A stretch of DNA of 64,000 nt from Chrysomallon squamiferum (lineage: Eukaryota; Animalia; Mollusca). This document shows, one piece after another, positions 62,189 through 64,000 of this stretch. Where the stretch lies: NCBI GenBank assembly GCA_012295275.1, contig CM022665.1:39494001-39558000 (forward strand), read 5' to 3'. Within the stretch, counting starts at the first letter, position 1. The number at the start of each line of letters is the position of its first letter. Below the pieces are notes generated by a model. That model did not search any database, was not told where the DNA came from, and saw only the letters and a program-made list of their open reading frames with translations. A program made the translations under genes and the position numbers.

Positions 62189-62526
62189 ATGGCGTTAAAA
62201 GCAAAAGTCAGTAGACTTGAATCAGAAATTGAGAAATGTAGAAGCGACGCCAATTGGAAGAAAGCTGTGGAATTATCCAAACAACTTGGACAAAAATATC
62301 CTGATTTAGGTTATATCTCACAAAATAAAATTAAATAGTGACATGCTTTATAATGGTTAAAACGACAAATAATCAGTGGTTGAAAAATAACTAATATTGT
62401 AATAATTATAATTATAATAATTTTAATAAAAGTATAGAGTTATATAATTCGTAATAATAATAGTTTATACGTTTTCTTATTATGATGTGGAAACATAATA
62501 TTTTATTTAAATTTTGATTAATGTAG

Positions 62527-62557
<31 letters not shown>

Positions 62558-63437
62558 TTAAAAATCTCTGCCTTTTTGATGATGTCAGTTGGCAGTCAAT
62601 TTAAGGATTAAGCCTAAATTTAGAATGAAGGCATTCAGACGCCTTTTCAGAGTACTTTTTTTCACTGTTGTTATTTATTTCATTACTTTCAATAATTCTT
62701 TTCAAACAGGTGTTTTGGTACATTTTATTGTTGCTGAGGCAAAATTCGAAGAATATTTATCAGACAATCCACCTACAGAAAAGAATATAGAAAAAGCTCA
62801 AACAGATCTTTGTGAGATTGAAAGTCTTCTTCAGAAAGTTGACCACAGAGAAACAAGGGTATTGAGGATTGTTATTTTAATTTTGGGTAGTTTTAAAATT
62901 ATCTTCTTTTAAAAACAGCTAATATTAGAAATTAAAGCAATAGTTAAAAAAAAAAAAAAAAAAAAAAACAATAAATTATAACAATAAAAACTATATAAAA
63001 AATTCTTGAATTTGTTATATTTTAAATTTCTTTGACAAATTTCTTCAATAAAATTACATGAAATTAAATTGATGTAAGAACTGAAATATTTGTTAGCTAC
63101 GTTTTGTTTGTTTTTGTTTTACATTAAAGCTTATACTCATACATCGATTATTTTGTTCAGTTATTCACATATACTTCTTTACTTTCATCCTCAGATAAGC
63201 TTTAAATGAAACACCAACCCACATCCAGATCATTACTATATAATGTTACTATTAATCTTCTGCTTTTCTATTTGCAGGTAGGTTTGCAAGCACTGCTGTT
63301 GCTAGCCAAGATACACTACTGTAAAGGAGAATATGACAACGCTTTAAAAATACTCAATGAAACTGCACTGGAAAAAGTTGACGTAGACTCTTCTAGCCGC
63401 ATGCTCCACATTGTGGCAGAATCATATGCAATTAAAG
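62189..63437 (+). CDS. TTC7B: Tetratricopeptide repeat protein 7 (TTC7A/B, PI4KA scaffold); first three exons, gene continues beyond the window
   Basis: Exons 62189-62309 (MALKAKVSRLESEIEKCRSDANWKKAVELSKQL), 62710-62858 (VAEAKFEEYLSDNPP...) and 63278-63437 (LLLLAKIHYCKGEYDNALKIL...RMLHIVAESYAIKG), phases 1, 0, 1. These match the remembered TTC7B N-terminus (SRLETEIERCRSECQW...IMAKLNYVEGDY...RLRVIAEAYATKG). Confidence 0.93.
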
Positions 63438-64000
63438 GTTAAATATCCTTGACATAATGTACTGATTTTATATTTCCATAGACAGTTAACAACTTGGATA
63501 GCTATACATTCAGTAAAATTGTTTGAACGAATCTTTGCAAGAGTGTACCTAAGTTTAATTTGTTATTGGTAGCTTTAGTGGCTGACTTTAAAGCTATTTT
63601 AAAAATATTTTTGGCATGCAGATAAAAGCAGGTAAAATTTATGAAATAATAGGTAAAGAAAATTAATGCTGTATAATAAATTGTTTCGAAATTCTTTGTT
63701 ATATATTTTCTTTTTATTCTTTCCAGAGTTTATGCAATTATAGAGATTATTTAAATTATTAGCATATGTATTAATTTTCATAAACATAACACGTGTGTGT
63801 GTGTGTGTGTATGTGTGAGAGAGACAGTACATGTGTTGTGTTTTTGTCTTTGTAGGTATGAAAAAAATGGGATGGTGTGTGTGTGTGTGAATGTGTATGT
63901 GTGTGCAAATTTGGGGATGAAAAGTGGGATGTTGGGAAAGTTTAAAAACCATTGATACAAATTTTCAGTATTAAGAAAATCTATGTACATCAACAGGTTT

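Overview
AT-rich, microsatellite-rich animal (invertebrate, probably lophotrochozoan/mollusc-like) genomic DNA with spliced genes. Most ORFs in the supplied track are spurious. From left to right: (1) the 5' end of a Girdin/Daple (CCDC88) gene on the minus strand, with three coding exons at 21.5-29.4 kb and a >21 kb intron running off the left edge. (2) A spliced 45-aa single-pass membrane microprotein at about 32 kb. (3) A decayed pogo/Fot1-like DNA transposon at about 33.5-34.4 kb. (4) A tandem cluster of three paralogous thrombospondin type-1 (TSP1) repeat genes on the minus strand: a 503-aa receptor with 7 TSP1 repeats, an RGD loop and an NPxY tail; a 390-aa receptor with an S/T/A-rich segment, 4 TSP1 repeats and an NPxF tail; and a truncated copy that has lost its canonical cysteines. 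(5) A complete RPS27A (ubiquitin-eS31) gene whose last intron holds five tandem U58/SNORD58-like box C/D snoRNAs. (6) Head-to-head with it, the first three exons of TTC7. The most notable signals are the five-copy snoRNA array in one intron, the TSP1 receptor family built from two alternating exon types, the microprotein, and CCDC88-RPS27A-TTC7 linkage that echoes human 2p16-p21 and 14q32. All gene models were built by hand from splice sites and translation; no database searches were run.
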